Origin: Pseudomonas phage vB_Paer_PsCh
Sequence record: OM870969.1
DNA length: 64,000 nt
Reading direction: 5' to 3' (one strand)
Each line of letters starts with the position of its first letter. Position 1 is the stretch's first letter. The position numbers and the translations under genes were made by a program. The notes beneath the pieces are model-generated. The model was not told the DNA's origin and did not search any database. It saw only the letters and a program-made list of their open reading frames with translations. Below, piece by piece: positions 1 through 9,823 of the stretch.

Positions 1-51
1 CGGATACTTCGATGACGATGGCCGGGAGCTAGAGGTCGAAGCTCTTGCAGA

Positions 52-564
52 TTGCTTCCCAACCGTAGGTGCGTGACCGTGGAGGAGTCGAAAGCTACCT
101 TCAAAGACCCTTACCCTAGGTTCTTCGACGCTTCTCGTAGGTATGGCGAAACCAACGACTGCATGGTGGTGAGCTTTGCAGTCGTATGGAACACCACCTA
201 TGAAAAGGCACACCAGCACCTGAAAGTGAAGTGCAAGCGCGGTTACCGGCAAGGGGCTACTCAGAAGCGCTTCAGCTACGCAGACACTTGGTGCCCTAAG
301 ACCCGGATGCTCTACCGGGAGGATGCTAAGGATAAGACTCTTAGGCAGTTTGCTGAGGAAAACCCTGAAGGTCGGTTCTGGATCGCGGTAAAGGGGCATG
401 CTGTTGCAATCGTCGACGGAGTGTTGTACGATCACACTAATGACAAGAGACGTACCATCTGGCACTGCTGGCAAGTGTGGCCGGGGGAGGCACCTGAGAA
501 AATCGAGAGGAAGCCTGATCCAATCTCACCTCCTGTGAGAAAGGCCCCGGACTGGTATGTCTAA
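52..564 (+). CDS. hypothetical protein (170 aa)
   Basis: Long ORF at the window edge. The upstream frame is stopped at nt 13-15, so the start is 52 or an internal Met. Confidence 0.45.
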   Translation: MLPNRRCVTVEESKATFKDPYPRFFDASRRYGETNDCMVVSFAVVWNTTYEKAHQHLKVKCKRGYRQGATQKRFSYADTWCPKTRMLYREDAKDKTLRQFAEENPEGRFWIAVKGHAVAIVDGVLYDHTNDKRRTIWHCWQVWPGEAPEKIERKPDPISPPVRKAPDWYV

Positions 565-597
565 ACACAAACATCTGAAGTACAAAGAGGAGGATTT

Positions 598-852
598 ATG
601 GAAATTATTTCGAGAGGGACGCTCCCTCAAGAGGCTTTGTTTACTGCTAAGTGTCACCATTGCCTAAGCATTCTCCGAGCTAAGAGATCGGAACTTGAGT
701 ATGTTTCGTTCTCATTCTGTCGGCCCGGGGAGACTGGGTATTATTTCGCAGAGTGCCCTGTCTGTCACGAAGAGGTGTCTGCTTGGGTTGCGGCTCCTGT
801 CATTCCTGTGGCACCGGCCACCACGGAGTATATCACAAAGGAGCGTAAATAA
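598..852 (+). CDS. small zinc-ribbon protein (CxxC...CxxC)
   Basis: RBS AGGAGGA 7 nt upstream. Cys pairs CHHC and CPVCHEE. Confidence 0.5.
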   Translation: MEIISRGTLPQEALFTAKCHHCLSILRAKRSELEYVSFSFCRPGETGYYFAECPVCHEEVSAWVAAPVIPVAPATTEYITKERK

Positions 853-853
853 T

Positions 854-1243
854 ATGGACCAGTTAGCAGGATTCATGGGCGAACCTTTCGTAATTGCGTT
901 CGACTACGACGAGACGATCAGTCTATACCCTTTGGCCTTCCAAGTCGTCATGGATACCTTCAGGGGCTTTGGAGGCGCTTTCAATGTGATCGTAGTCACT
1001 GCACGCCACCCTGACAACAGCGGAGAGTTAGAGTGGCTACGGGACTACGGGTTCCCGATCTATTTCACGGCACAGAAGGCAAAGCGACCATTCATGGAAA
1101 ATCTTGGAATAAAAGTCTCTGTATGGGTTGACGACAACCCGTTCAGCGTGGATAATGACCTTCCTCCGTGGACAGTAGAGCAATACGATGCCTACATGGA
1201 GGCAAAGAAGCAACGAGCTATCAACAGAGGGAGTAAAGCATGA
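854..1243 (+). CDS. HAD-superfamily phosphatase / 5'-nucleotidase-like
   Basis: Start moved to ATG 854 (in frame with track ORF 695..1243), which directly follows the upstream stop. HAD motif I FDYDETI (DxDxT) and late VWVDDNP (DD) motif. Confidence 0.5.
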   Translation: MDQLAGFMGEPFVIAFDYDETISLYPLAFQVVMDTFRGFGGAFNVIVVTARHPDNSGELEWLRDYGFPIYFTAQKAKRPFMENLGIKVSVWVDDNPFSVDNDLPPWTVEQYDAYMEAKKQRAINRGSKA

Positions 1244-1905
1244 GCGAGATTATGAAGGTTGAAGTGGGAGATCGGGTGGTCCTTAAGGCCTATTGCGATA
1301 CATACACTGGATGTGCAAAGCGATGGGCGAAGGCGCATGGTCGTTTGGATGAACTGCTAGCTACGGGGTTTGTAGAAGACAGTTGGGTCCACACCGACGA
1401 ACTGGCCGGAGGCTTGAAAGGCACCGTTGTGATGACTGAACTGGGACTGAAGGAAGAGTGCTGTGCAGTACGTCTAGACGCCTACACTGACCACAGGGCT
1501 GTTGTAGTTGTTGACGCTTCTGATCTTTACATCGCATGTAAGGCAGAAAAAGCTCCCGTAAGCACCCTAGACGAGGCCTTCGGTTGTGACCACGACTACC
1601 TTATGGACTCTCCGGCTAACGCTCAGCGACTGAATGAGTCTGTCGAGCAGCTACGGACTGGTCAAGTCGTAGAAGTGGACGTGCCTATGAGTGTAAAGCA
1701 AGACGAAACTCCACCTGTCGTAGTGCATGTAGTAGAGAAGATTTACGATAGGAAAGGTAACGTACACCTCATTCTACAGTATGAGGTAGCAGGGGCGCTA
1801 ATCAGGACGGTGGTTGAACAGGGAGAACTCATTTACTTCTTGGATGAAATGCAAGGTATGTACTTGACCAAGATTCAATTGGAGGTGAACAATGGAGTTG
1901 TATGA
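1240..1905 (+). CDS. hypothetical protein (221 aa)
   Basis: ATGA overlap with the upstream gene; uninterrupted ORF. Confidence 0.5.
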   Translation: MSEIMKVEVGDRVVLKAYCDTYTGCAKRWAKAHGRLDELLATGFVEDSWVHTDELAGGLKGTVVMTELGLKEECCAVRLDAYTDHRAVVVVDASDLYIACKAEKAPVSTLDEAFGCDHDYLMDSPANAQRLNESVEQLRTGQVVEVDVPMSVKQDETPPVVVHVVEKIYDRKGNVHLILQYEVAGALIRTVVEQGELIYFLDEMQGMYLTKIQLEVNNGVV

Positions 1906-2058
1906 CCAGTGGCGTAAGTATATGAGCGTCGTAATCTTAGAAGAAGAAGATAATGAGCGTCAGTGCATGCGGCTTATTGAGGCAGTTGGCGAACTCGATC
2001 CCTATATCCAAGATTTCCTAGATTCTTTCTCTATTAAAACTGAAGGAGGTGTGTAAGC

Positions 2059-2361
2059 ATGAGTCAGAGTAAGCGCGATGAGATTGTAGTTGAAGCACGT
2101 GGGCTAGAGAGCTACTTCATTTCCCACTGGAACGGCTGGGATGTGCTGGACACTGCTTGTCTCGGATTTTATATCAAACCTGAGTATGTTCTTGACCCGG
2201 ATATTCGAGAGCTTGAGCCTAGCTTCTTGGAGCTTGATTTCGAGCGTTGCCGTTTCCGATTCTGGGGAAATGAAGACGAAGGCGTGGACGGCAAACTCAT
2301 GGAGGGCAAGTTGCAGATTATGACCAACTCCTTCGAGTACGTCTTCTTCAAGGAGGTTTGA
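2059..2361 (+). CDS. hypothetical protein (100 aa)
   Basis: RBS GAAGGAGG upstream. Confidence 0.5.
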   Translation: MSQSKRDEIVVEARGLESYFISHWNGWDVLDTACLGFYIKPEYVLDPDIRELEPSFLELDFERCRFRFWGNEDEGVDGKLMEGKLQIMTNSFEYVFFKEV

Positions 2362-2784
2362 GTGGCTAGACAGACTTACGAGTCTGCATCAGATAGGGCG
2401 GTCGAGGAAGCCGTCCGTTCTGAGCTTGAAGGGCGGTGGAAGTGTTCTCTTCATAAGCTACCTAGAGCCCACTATATGGATTGGGCAGCCTGCCGGAATG
2501 GAAAGGTTGTTAGCTTTGTGGAGCTTAAGGCTCGGAATAATGAAATGCAGAAATATCCCGACTTCTTTGTGTCCCAGATGAAGTGGCTCCATGGGATCGA
2601 AATGCAAAGGGTGTTTGACATTCCCGCATTCCTTGTGGTAAAGTGGACGGACTATACAGGATATGTCAAAATGACAGCCAATGGCGTCAACTACATGAGC
2701 ATGGGTGGCAGGATTGACCGTGGAGACTGGCAAGACCAAGAAGTTATGGTCCATATCCCGCTGAAAGACTTCACACGTTTATAG
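2362..2784 (+). CDS. hypothetical protein, possible PD-(D/E)xK-type nuclease
   Basis: Abuts the previous stop. The VELK segment is compatible with an ExK nuclease motif (weak). Confidence 0.4.
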   Translation: MARQTYESASDRAVEEAVRSELEGRWKCSLHKLPRAHYMDWAACRNGKVVSFVELKARNNEMQKYPDFFVSQMKWLHGIEMQRVFDIPAFLVVKWTDYTGYVKMTANGVNYMSMGGRIDRGDWQDQEVMVHIPLKDFTRL

Positions 2785-3016
2785 GAGGACAAATGAAACG
2801 ACTCTGCTACCGTTGTCTGCATCTTGGAGAGCCTGTCATGCTCCGTCATAAGACGGGCATCTGGTATAAGGGTTGTAGTAAATGCGGATCAGGAGTATTC
2901 TATGGCTAAGAAGAATCCTGTGTTCAAGTTTCTGAATACAGTAAACAAGCCCTCAGTAGAGAGGGATAAAACCAAATACAGGCGGAAGCCTAAGCACAAG
3001 AAGAAGGAGCGATTAA

Positions 3017-3208
3017 ATGAAGAAGGGTGATAAAGTGAGGATCAATGACGACGCTGATACCATCTTCCGGGGCCGTGTTGCCACTATCATCGCAGTAGAC
3101 GAAGAGGGTTGCGTTATTGATGTGGGCAGCTACGAAGACGAAAGCGGAGAGCTTATCGAGTACCTTCACCTGTTCTTCGAGCGCTCTGAGTTGTCCAAGC
3201 AGGCGTAG
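3017..3208 (+). CDS. hypothetical protein (63 aa)
   Basis: ORF with an AGGAGCG-like RBS. Confidence 0.4.
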   Translation: MKKGDKVRINDDADTIFRGRVATIIAVDEEGCVIDVGSYEDESGELIEYLHLFFERSELSKQA

Positions 3209-3217
3209 GAGGGTATA

Positions 3218-3463
3218 ATGAACGGACCCGAGTGCAGATGGTGCGGAGAGAAAACTGAAGCTGAGTTTGTAGACGTTGGGCTTGGATGGATGCAGCAAGT
3301 CACTGGAGGCATGTGTCACCAGTGTGGAGGGTATGAGAACGGTCACTACCAGAACGACGGAAGGCTCTCCGAGGTCGAGTTTGCCACCTACTGGAGTGGT
3401 CCGTTCGAAGATTATGCGGATTTCTCGCCATTCAATCATATGAGAGAAGGCGACTCGCCATGA
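3218..3463 (+). CDS. zinc-binding small protein
   Basis: RBS GGAGGGT. Motifs CRWCGEK...CHQCGG. Confidence 0.45.
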   Translation: MNGPECRWCGEKTEAEFVDVGLGWMQQVTGGMCHQCGGYENGHYQNDGRLSEVEFATYWSGPFEDYADFSPFNHMREGDSP

Positions 3464-3645
3464 AGGCTACACTGAGAAACCACAATCTGCTATACATCTA
3501 CTTCCACACGTTCTCGGAAATGAATGAGTGGTTGACAGAGAACGCTGTAGATCAATGGACAGTCACGACTCTGGGCTCCGGCTATCAGGTGGCTGTTCCT
3601 ATGGACCGTGCAATGCGGGACCAATACGTCTCGGAGAGGGGTTGA
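3460..3645 (+). CDS. hypothetical protein (61 aa)
   Basis: ATGA overlap with the upstream gene. Confidence 0.35.
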   Translation: MKATLRNHNLLYIYFHTFSEMNEWLTENAVDQWTVTTLGSGYQVAVPMDRAMRDQYVSERG

Positions 3646-3670
3646 CACGAACACAAGGTGATGCTAAACT
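3642..3670 (+). promoter_or_regulatory. sigma70-type promoter (TTGACA-17-TAAACT) for primase/helicase
   Basis: TTGACA at 3642-3647, 17-nt spacer, TAAACT at 3665-3670. Confidence 0.5.
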
Positions 3671-3698
3671 CCGTGGTTGTCTGAAGTAAGGAGGTTTT

Positions 3699-5561
3699 AT
3701 GTCCAAAATGACCGTGGCCCAAATTGCGGCTATGCACGGTATCGATTTGTATTCTGACCACAAGACCGCTTGTCCCCAATGCCGGAAGAAAGGCGCGGAC
3801 AACAGCGGAGACAACCTGAAGGTTTATGGGACGGATCGTAATACCGGGGAACACAAAGGTGCCTATTGTTGGGCGTGTGGGTACACCTTGCTCTCTGAAG
3901 AGCAGGAAAGAGACGCCCGGGGAGAAGACGAAGAGGAGTGGAATTTCGTGGGAACTGAATTTAACGCAGAGATCAACGCTCAAATTAAAGAGCAGTGCTC
4001 GTATGATCCGCGTGGTTATCGTGGCCTGTCCAAGGAAACTTGCCAGTATTTCGGAGTGCTACATGGTTTCGACCCGGAGACTGGCGAGATTGCAACTCAG
4101 CTATATCCTACTACTACTAATTACGAACTCACTGGTTACAAACAGCGGATCATGCCGAAGAACTTCTCTGAGCCTATCGGAGAGACAGGTAAGGATTGCG
4201 AGCTTTTTGGTCAGTTCCGGTTCAAGAATAGCAACAGCAAGAAGGTGCTTATTGTAGGCGGTGAGGTTGACCAGCTATCAGCATTCCAGATGCTCAAGGA
4301 GTATGACGACCGGCGAGCAGGCGGTAAGAGTGATTATGAACCGACTCCAGTGGTCAGCCCTACTATCGGTGAGAGTGGGGCATGGAAGCAGCTACAGGCT
4401 CAGTATGAGTGGCTAGACCGGTTCGAGCAAATCATTCTCTGTTTCGACAGCGATGACGCAGGACGAGAGGCAGCAGACAAGGCCGCCGATAAGCTTCCGA
4501 AGGGCAAGGTGTTCATGATGGAAATGAACCGTAAAGACCCTAACGAGTATTTGAAAGCTGGGCGTCAATCGGAGTTTGTCAGTGCATTCTATCGAGCCCG
4601 TACATGGACCCCTAGCGGTATTGTAGGGTCTGATGCACTCGACGCTCGAATGTATGAAGCTGTTCAGGTTGAGAAGATTCCTCTGCCACCGTTCGCTAAG
4701 AAGCTCCAGAAGGCTATGGCGGGAGGCATCCCTTTGGGCCGGATTGTGAATATCGGCGCTGCATCGGGAATGGGTAAATCTACTGTAGTGGACGAGTTCA
4801 CTCTGTTCTGGATTTATAACTCGCCTCATATGCCGGGTACTGTGACTCTGGAATCGGACTGCGGGGAATACGCAATCAAGCTGCTGAGCCGGAAGGTAGG
4901 TGAGAAGGCAGATTTGTACGAGACTGTTGAAGAGAAAGTGGCGTTCCTTGATCGGCATCGTGATGCTCGCTACGACTTGTGGCACAAAGAAGATGGGAGT
5001 CCTCGCTTCTATCTGATCGATGACCGAGACGGAAGCCTAGCAGCCCTCAAGGCTCAAATCGAGCAACTGATTATTCAGTTTGAGTGCCGTGTTATTATTC
5101 TGGACCCGCTTCAGGATATTCTGGACGGATTGAGCAACGAAGAGCAGTCGGTATTCATGCGCTGGCAAAAGGGTATGACCAAGAGCCACCGAGTGACGTT
5201 CATCAACATCAACCACGTCCGTAAGAGTGGTGGTGGTCAGAAGGCTAACTCGGCAGGTGCTGAACTGTACGAAGAAGATTTCCAAGGGTCTTCGTCCATC
5301 TTCAAATCTGGTGCAGCTAACATCCTGATGTGGCGGAACAAGGACGCGGAGAACGAGTTCGAAAAGAACCTGATTAACGTGAAGCTCTCTAAGTGCCGAT
5401 GGACTGGCCGCACTGGAATGATGGGCAATTGGTACTACGACGTTGAGACTCATACGATCTGGGACTTGGACGACTATCTGGACCGATATCCTGACAAGCG
5501 CCGTGAGTATGAGGCTTGGATGGCTCAGAAGGAAGAGGAAGGCCGAGACACGGAATACTAA
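3699..5561 (+). CDS. DNA primase/helicase (zinc-finger-TOPRIM-DnaB-like)
   Basis: N-terminal CPQCRKKG...CWACG zinc finger, central TOPRIM-like acidic region, C-terminal Walker A GAASGMGKST and DnaB-like helicase motifs. Confidence 0.85.
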   Translation: MSKMTVAQIAAMHGIDLYSDHKTACPQCRKKGADNSGDNLKVYGTDRNTGEHKGAYCWACGYTLLSEEQERDARGEDEEEWNFVGTEFNAEINAQIKEQCSYDPRGYRGLSKETCQYFGVLHGFDPETGEIATQLYPTTTNYELTGYKQRIMPKNFSEPIGETGKDCELFGQFRFKNSNSKKVLIVGGEVDQLSAFQMLKEYDDRRAGGKSDYEPTPVVSPTIGESGAWKQLQAQYEWLDRFEQIILCFDSDDAGREAADKAADKLPKGKVFMMEMNRKDPNEYLKAGRQSEFVSAFYRARTWTPSGIVGSDALDARMYEAVQVEKIPLPPFAKKLQKAMAGGIPLGRIVNIGAASGMGKSTVVDEFTLFWIYNSPHMPGTVTLESDCGEYAIKLLSRKVGEKADLYETVEEKVAFLDRHRDARYDLWHKEDGSPRFYLIDDRDGSLAALKAQIEQLIIQFECRVIILDPLQDILDGLSNEEQSVFMRWQKGMTKSHRVTFININHVRKSGGGQKANSAGAELYEEDFQGSSSIFKSGAANILMWRNKDAENEFEKNLINVKLSKCRWTGRTGMMGNWYYDVETHTIWDLDDYLDRYPDKRREYEAWMAQKEEEGRDTEY

Positions 5562-5563
5562 GG

Positions 5564-5592
5564 TTGACAGAGGGGTGATGCTTATGTATCAT
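5564..5592 (+). promoter_or_regulatory. sigma70-type promoter (TTGACA-17-TATCAT) for DNA polymerase
   Basis: TTGACA at 5564-5569, TATCAT at 5587-5592. Confidence 0.5.
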
Positions 5593-5621
5593 CCCTTTCG
5601 TCGTTTACAGGAGGAAAGGAA

Positions 5622-8336
5622 ATGCAACAACGGTTTGAAACAATCGAGCAATACCTCGAATGGATGGGAAATAACAATTTCACTAATATGACTTGGGATA
5701 TCGAGTCTACGGGCCTGCTGGACGAATCGTCCATCGATTACACTGCAAGCCCCTACAAGATCAAGCCCAGCTACAGTCATCACTGTATCGTAGTAGAAGA
5801 GCACGGCGGTAACATTCTGGCGTTCTACGATGGCCCCACTTACATCTTCGACGGTCGAGAGTACACTGAGAAGCTGCCGAAAGCATCTTCCATGCTACAC
5901 ACTGAAGAAGTTGTGACTCTCAAGGACTACACTCCGGTAGAGTATATTCACCTGCCGCTGAAAGAGTTCAAGAACTATGTGCTCAAGCGCAAGATCAAGC
6001 GCGTAGTGGCTCACAACATGATTAACTTCGACCTTATGTCGATGAAGCTTGTGGAAGATATGGACTTTACTATCGGCGTCGAGCACAGGGATGGCGGTCT
6101 GACTACGTGGTCTGCTGACACTTGGATGGGCAAGCAAGTGGTATTCGACGATACCCTCGTTATCTCCAAGACTTGTAACCCTGACCTGTTCGGCGGTCAC
6201 AGTCTGGATAAGCTGTCTCGTCGTGCAGGTGGTGACACCAAGATTGACTTCCGTAAGCATTTGGCACCGGATGTTCGATTCCTCGACTTCGCAGCCGATA
6301 TGCTCTACTACTGTATCTATGACGTAAAGGCGAACACCGCTGTATGGCATTGGTTGCAGGACCACGAAGATTACCAACTGTCCGACCGTGACAACTACAT
6401 CAAGAATTGGCTGTCCCCGATTCAGTTGGAGAAGAAGGTTGCAGAGATCATCACCTATCAGGAGCACCGAGGGTTTGTTCTGAATGTTGATCTCTGTGAA
6501 AAAGCTGTGAAAGACTTGGACGCCAAGATGGAAGAGCGTCGGGCCCGGGTGGAACCTGTGCTTCCTCCTCGACCGGCAACCAAGAAATTCATGGCAGACT
6601 ACACTCCACCTGTTCGACAGTTCAAGAAGAACGGGGAGATCACCACTTACCTACAGAAGTTCATTGAAAAGATCGGCGCTCAATTGAAAGAGGGCGACGA
6701 CAGAACCATGATCTTTGAGGGTAAGGAGTACAAGCTGCCTCTCCCGGCAGACGTACCGCTGAAGACGGAAATGCCTGCTAAGATCGGGGACACAACTCAC
6801 ATCAAGCAATGGCTTATGGGTGAGTTTGGTTGGATTCCATCAGAGTGGAAAGAGACTGATCTGACTGTGGATCAGAAGAAGATCAAGCTTCCGATGGAAA
6901 ACATCGTTGCTAAGATCGATCGCTGGCTGGATGTAACGTATAGCACAGCGTACAAGGAAGAGCGGCTGGACGGGTTCGGGGATTACATGAAGATCACCCC
7001 TCGTAGCACCCGCGCGTATGTACGTCAGAGGTTGATTGATCGTGCAAGCAAGGGGGGCTGTAAGGTTCTCACTAACCCTAGCTTCACAAAGGGCCAAGAG
7101 AAAGAAATGTGTCCAGACCTCGAACGCATTGCAGAACAGTTTCCGTTCGCGAAGGATGTGATTGAGTACCTGACCTTTAAGCACCGGCGAAGCGCAATCC
7201 TCGGTGGCGGCATGGACTGGGACGAAATGGAGGATGGAGAGGAGCCGGAAAAAGGTTACCTTGCAAGCATTCGTCAGGACGGCAGGATTCCCACGCCTGC
7301 TGACACTTGCGGGGCTGCTACTAGCCGGATGAAGCACCGGAAGGTTGCTAACGTTCCTCGGATCACCTCGTTGTACGGGGCTGAGCTTCGAGAGTTGTTT
7401 GGGGTTGGAGATGGGTTCTTCCAAATTGGATACGACTTCGATTCCTTGGAAGCACGTAAAGAGTCGGCCTACTGCGATCAGTACGATCCGACAAAGGAAT
7501 ACTGTAAGTCACTCATGATGGAGAAGCCATTCGACGTTCACACGATGATGGCTAAGCGTATTTCCGAGATTATCGGTCGTCAATTTAACCGGTCTCCTGC
7601 GAAAAACGTAAAATACGGGTGTACGTACGGTGCTCAAGCTGGTAAAGTGGCAAAAACCATTGGTGCCGATTTGCAAACGGGTCAACTGGTATTCGATGCG
7701 TTCTGGGATGCAGCATTCCCATTGAAAGCACTGAAGGATGACCTAACCAAGCAGTGGGAGGCCAACGGTAAGAAGTATATTGTTGGAGTGGACGGTCGCC
7801 GAGTTCCTACTCGTTCGGCTCACGCTATCCTGAACAGCTTGTTCCAGAGTGGCGGTGTTATCTGTGCTAAACGTGCTATGGTGATTCATGACCAACTGCT
7901 GGAGAAAGAAGGTCTGAAGGTTGACTTTTTCAAAGAAGACTGGAAGAACAAGCCGGAATTCTGCCAACAAATGATCGCGTACCACGACGAAGCGCAGTTG
8001 GAAGTAACCGCCAAGTCGGTGAGCTTCAAGATGTTCCCTTGGTCCCTAGTAGGCGGCAAGCCGGAAGGGGAGAAGGAGCGAGAGGCAGCCGAGAAGGAGT
8101 TGAAAGCTCTAGCTCAGGCTTACAAGGACGAACAATTGGCTAGCACTGGCAAGGTGTGGAGTGATATCGCACACTACAGCAAAGGTGAAGGCGGGGTGTT
8201 TGTAGCTTACTGCCGCGCTGGAGAACTTGCCACGAAGGCCGTGAGAGCTGCGGGAGAGTTCTACTCTACTCCTCTGGTGCCTATCGAGCTGACCGCTGGC
8301 TACATCGTTGGTCGATCTTGGAAGGATTGCCACTAA
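5622..8336 (+). CDS. DNA polymerase, family A (Pol I/T7-like) with 3'-5' exonuclease domain
   Basis: 904 aa. Exo motif WDIESTGL; motif B RSPAKNVKYGCTYGAQ; motif C YHDEAQLEV. Confidence 0.9.
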   Translation: MQQRFETIEQYLEWMGNNNFTNMTWDIESTGLLDESSIDYTASPYKIKPSYSHHCIVVEEHGGNILAFYDGPTYIFDGREYTEKLPKASSMLHTEEVVTLKDYTPVEYIHLPLKEFKNYVLKRKIKRVVAHNMINFDLMSMKLVEDMDFTIGVEHRDGGLTTWSADTWMGKQVVFDDTLVISKTCNPDLFGGHSLDKLSRRAGGDTKIDFRKHLAPDVRFLDFAADMLYYCIYDVKANTAVWHWLQDHEDYQLSDRDNYIKNWLSPIQLEKKVAEIITYQEHRGFVLNVDLCEKAVKDLDAKMEERRARVEPVLPPRPATKKFMADYTPPVRQFKKNGEITTYLQKFIEKIGAQLKEGDDRTMIFEGKEYKLPLPADVPLKTEMPAKIGDTTHIKQWLMGEFGWIPSEWKETDLTVDQKKIKLPMENIVAKIDRWLDVTYSTAYKEERLDGFGDYMKITPRSTRAYVRQRLIDRASKGGCKVLTNPSFTKGQEKEMCPDLERIAEQFPFAKDVIEYLTFKHRRSAILGGGMDWDEMEDGEEPEKGYLASIRQDGRIPTPADTCGAATSRMKHRKVANVPRITSLYGAELRELFGVGDGFFQIGYDFDSLEARKESAYCDQYDPTKEYCKSLMMEKPFDVHTMMAKRISEIIGRQFNRSPAKNVKYGCTYGAQAGKVAKTIGADLQTGQLVFDAFWDAAFPLKALKDDLTKQWEANGKKYIVGVDGRRVPTRSAHAILNSLFQSGGVICAKRAMVIHDQLLEKEGLKVDFFKEDWKNKPEFCQQMIAYHDEAQLEVTAKSVSFKMFPWSLVGGKPEGEKEREAAEKELKALAQAYKDEQLASTGKVWSDIAHYSKGEGGVFVAYCRAGELATKAVRAAGEFYSTPLVPIELTAGYIVGRSWKDCH

Positions 8337-8363
8337 AACTGGCATTAAGCGAGGAAAGGGGCT

Positions 8364-8391
8364 TGACAGGCCCCTCCGCCTCCTATACAAT
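8364..8391 (+). promoter_or_regulatory. sigma70-type promoter (TTGACA-16-TACAAT)
   Basis: Located inside the 3' end of the pol gene, ahead of the membrane-protein gene. Confidence 0.5.
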
Positions 8392-8425
8392 GGCCACATA
8401 TTCACAACATACAAGGAGAAACACA

Positions 8426-8821
8426 ATGACTCTGGCTTTCATTATCTATCTGGTAATGACCGTATTCCCAGCCTTGTCATCGGCTGGTAGCTTTGCCCTG
8501 ATCGTCACCATCATCGCATGGGTTGCAGGAGGGTTCGTTTACTTGGCATCCATTGGTGGCCGAGAGAATTCGGCAGTTAAAGCCACACTCAAAAATCACC
8601 TACGGCCCTTGACGTTCAAGCTGTTTCTGCCTATCATTGTAATCGGCCATCTGGTCCCCTCGTCTGAAACGGCATGGTGGATGGTTGGCGGGTATGCTGC
8701 ACAGAGCCTTTATCAGGCAGACGCTACTCAGCAGGTTCTCAGCGAATCTACTGAACTGCTCGAAGCTCTGGTTAAGCGTGCTAAGAAAGAAACTCTAAAG
8801 GCTGTCGAAGGCAGCGAGTAA
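8426..8821 (+). CDS. membrane protein (3-4 TM helices)
   Basis: Start moved to ATG 8426 with RBS AAGGAGAA. Hydrophobic segments throughout. Confidence 0.5.
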   Translation: MTLAFIIYLVMTVFPALSSAGSFALIVTIIAWVAGGFVYLASIGGRENSAVKATLKNHLRPLTFKLFLPIIVIGHLVPSSETAWWMVGGYAAQSLYQADATQQVLSESTELLEALVKRAKKETLKAVEGSE

Positions 8822-9010
8822 TCTAGAATAGGAGGTATGGTATGAACACGGCTCGACTCTACGTCTACGGCAAATCGTCCATGGTAGGAATCACTGTTGA
8901 CAACAAGGCTAACCGAGAGTACTATACCTCTAAAGGCTTCGAGGTATCGGAGACACCGTTAGCACACAAGAGTGTTGCTAACAAATACAAACAGAAAGGA
9001 GGTAAATAAT

Positions 9011-9721
9011 ATGTCTGGTATTATCCCCGGGACTATCGTCAAACTCACTCAAGTGGGATGTGACGTCACCTATGGCTGGCCAAATGAAGCCCGCTATGTA
9101 GGCGCATACGCAGTAGCAGTAGATGGACGTGATATCGGTCTCCCGGAAGGGGAAATCCGGTTCTGCTCCCTTCATTGGTCCATTGAGCGAGATGTTAATG
9201 ATGGACTCGGAGACTACCAAATGCTGTTAGCGGATGCAGGCCGCTACGAGATTGTAGCAATCCCGGGTAAGAAGTACTACGTTAAGAACGTTGCCAAGCA
9301 CAGCGCACAGATCGGCCATTACTTGGTTCCTTCGGAGCCAGCCTTGTACGTAGGTTTCGAGCCGTGCTGGCTGAAGAGCATGCACGAAGGAGAGAGCCCA
9401 TTCTGCATGCTCTTTAAAGGACGAGTTAACATCGGCGGTGATATTTCTGACGATCCGAAGCTCCAGACTCTCTACCCTGAATTGGTACTTGAGGAGTTCA
9501 AAGAAGAGGCAGAGGAGGCTATTGAAGCTCCGGTCAACGAAGAGAAGAAAGAAAAGGTTGCAAAGCACGCTGTAATGGGTTATGCTGTTCTCGATGAAGA
9601 CGGAAGCTCTTTTAAATTCTGCCTCACTCGCGAAGAGGCACGATCCACCAAGCGCTGGTGGGGCGGCAAGGCCGAGGGAATCTCGATTGTGAAACTGATT
9701 AAAGGAGAGGAGGTGCGCTAA
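9011..9721 (+). CDS. hypothetical protein (236 aa)
   Basis: Start moved to ATG 9011 with RBS AAAGGAGGT. Acidic, Glu-rich C-terminus. Confidence 0.5.
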   Translation: MSGIIPGTIVKLTQVGCDVTYGWPNEARYVGAYAVAVDGRDIGLPEGEIRFCSLHWSIERDVNDGLGDYQMLLADAGRYEIVAIPGKKYYVKNVAKHSAQIGHYLVPSEPALYVGFEPCWLKSMHEGESPFCMLFKGRVNIGGDISDDPKLQTLYPELVLEEFKEEAEEAIEAPVNEEKKEKVAKHAVMGYAVLDEDGSSFKFCLTREEARSTKRWWGGKAEGISIVKLIKGEEVR

Positions 9722-9823
9722 TTGCGCTAATCCTCTTGCAGAATCCGGGAATGTCCGGTATGATCGTCGGTCAAGTGGCTGACACACTCGCCCAGTCTAG
9801 GGTACTTAAATAGGAGAAATAAA

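Noticed and set aside
3826-4257. ORF 3826..4257 (+) and the minus-strand ORFs inside the primase/helicase and polymerase genes (3585..3983, 4413..4985, 5037..5453, 5895..6467, 6840..7424 and others)
   Set aside because: They are alternative-frame or antisense ORFs nested in long, well-supported genes.
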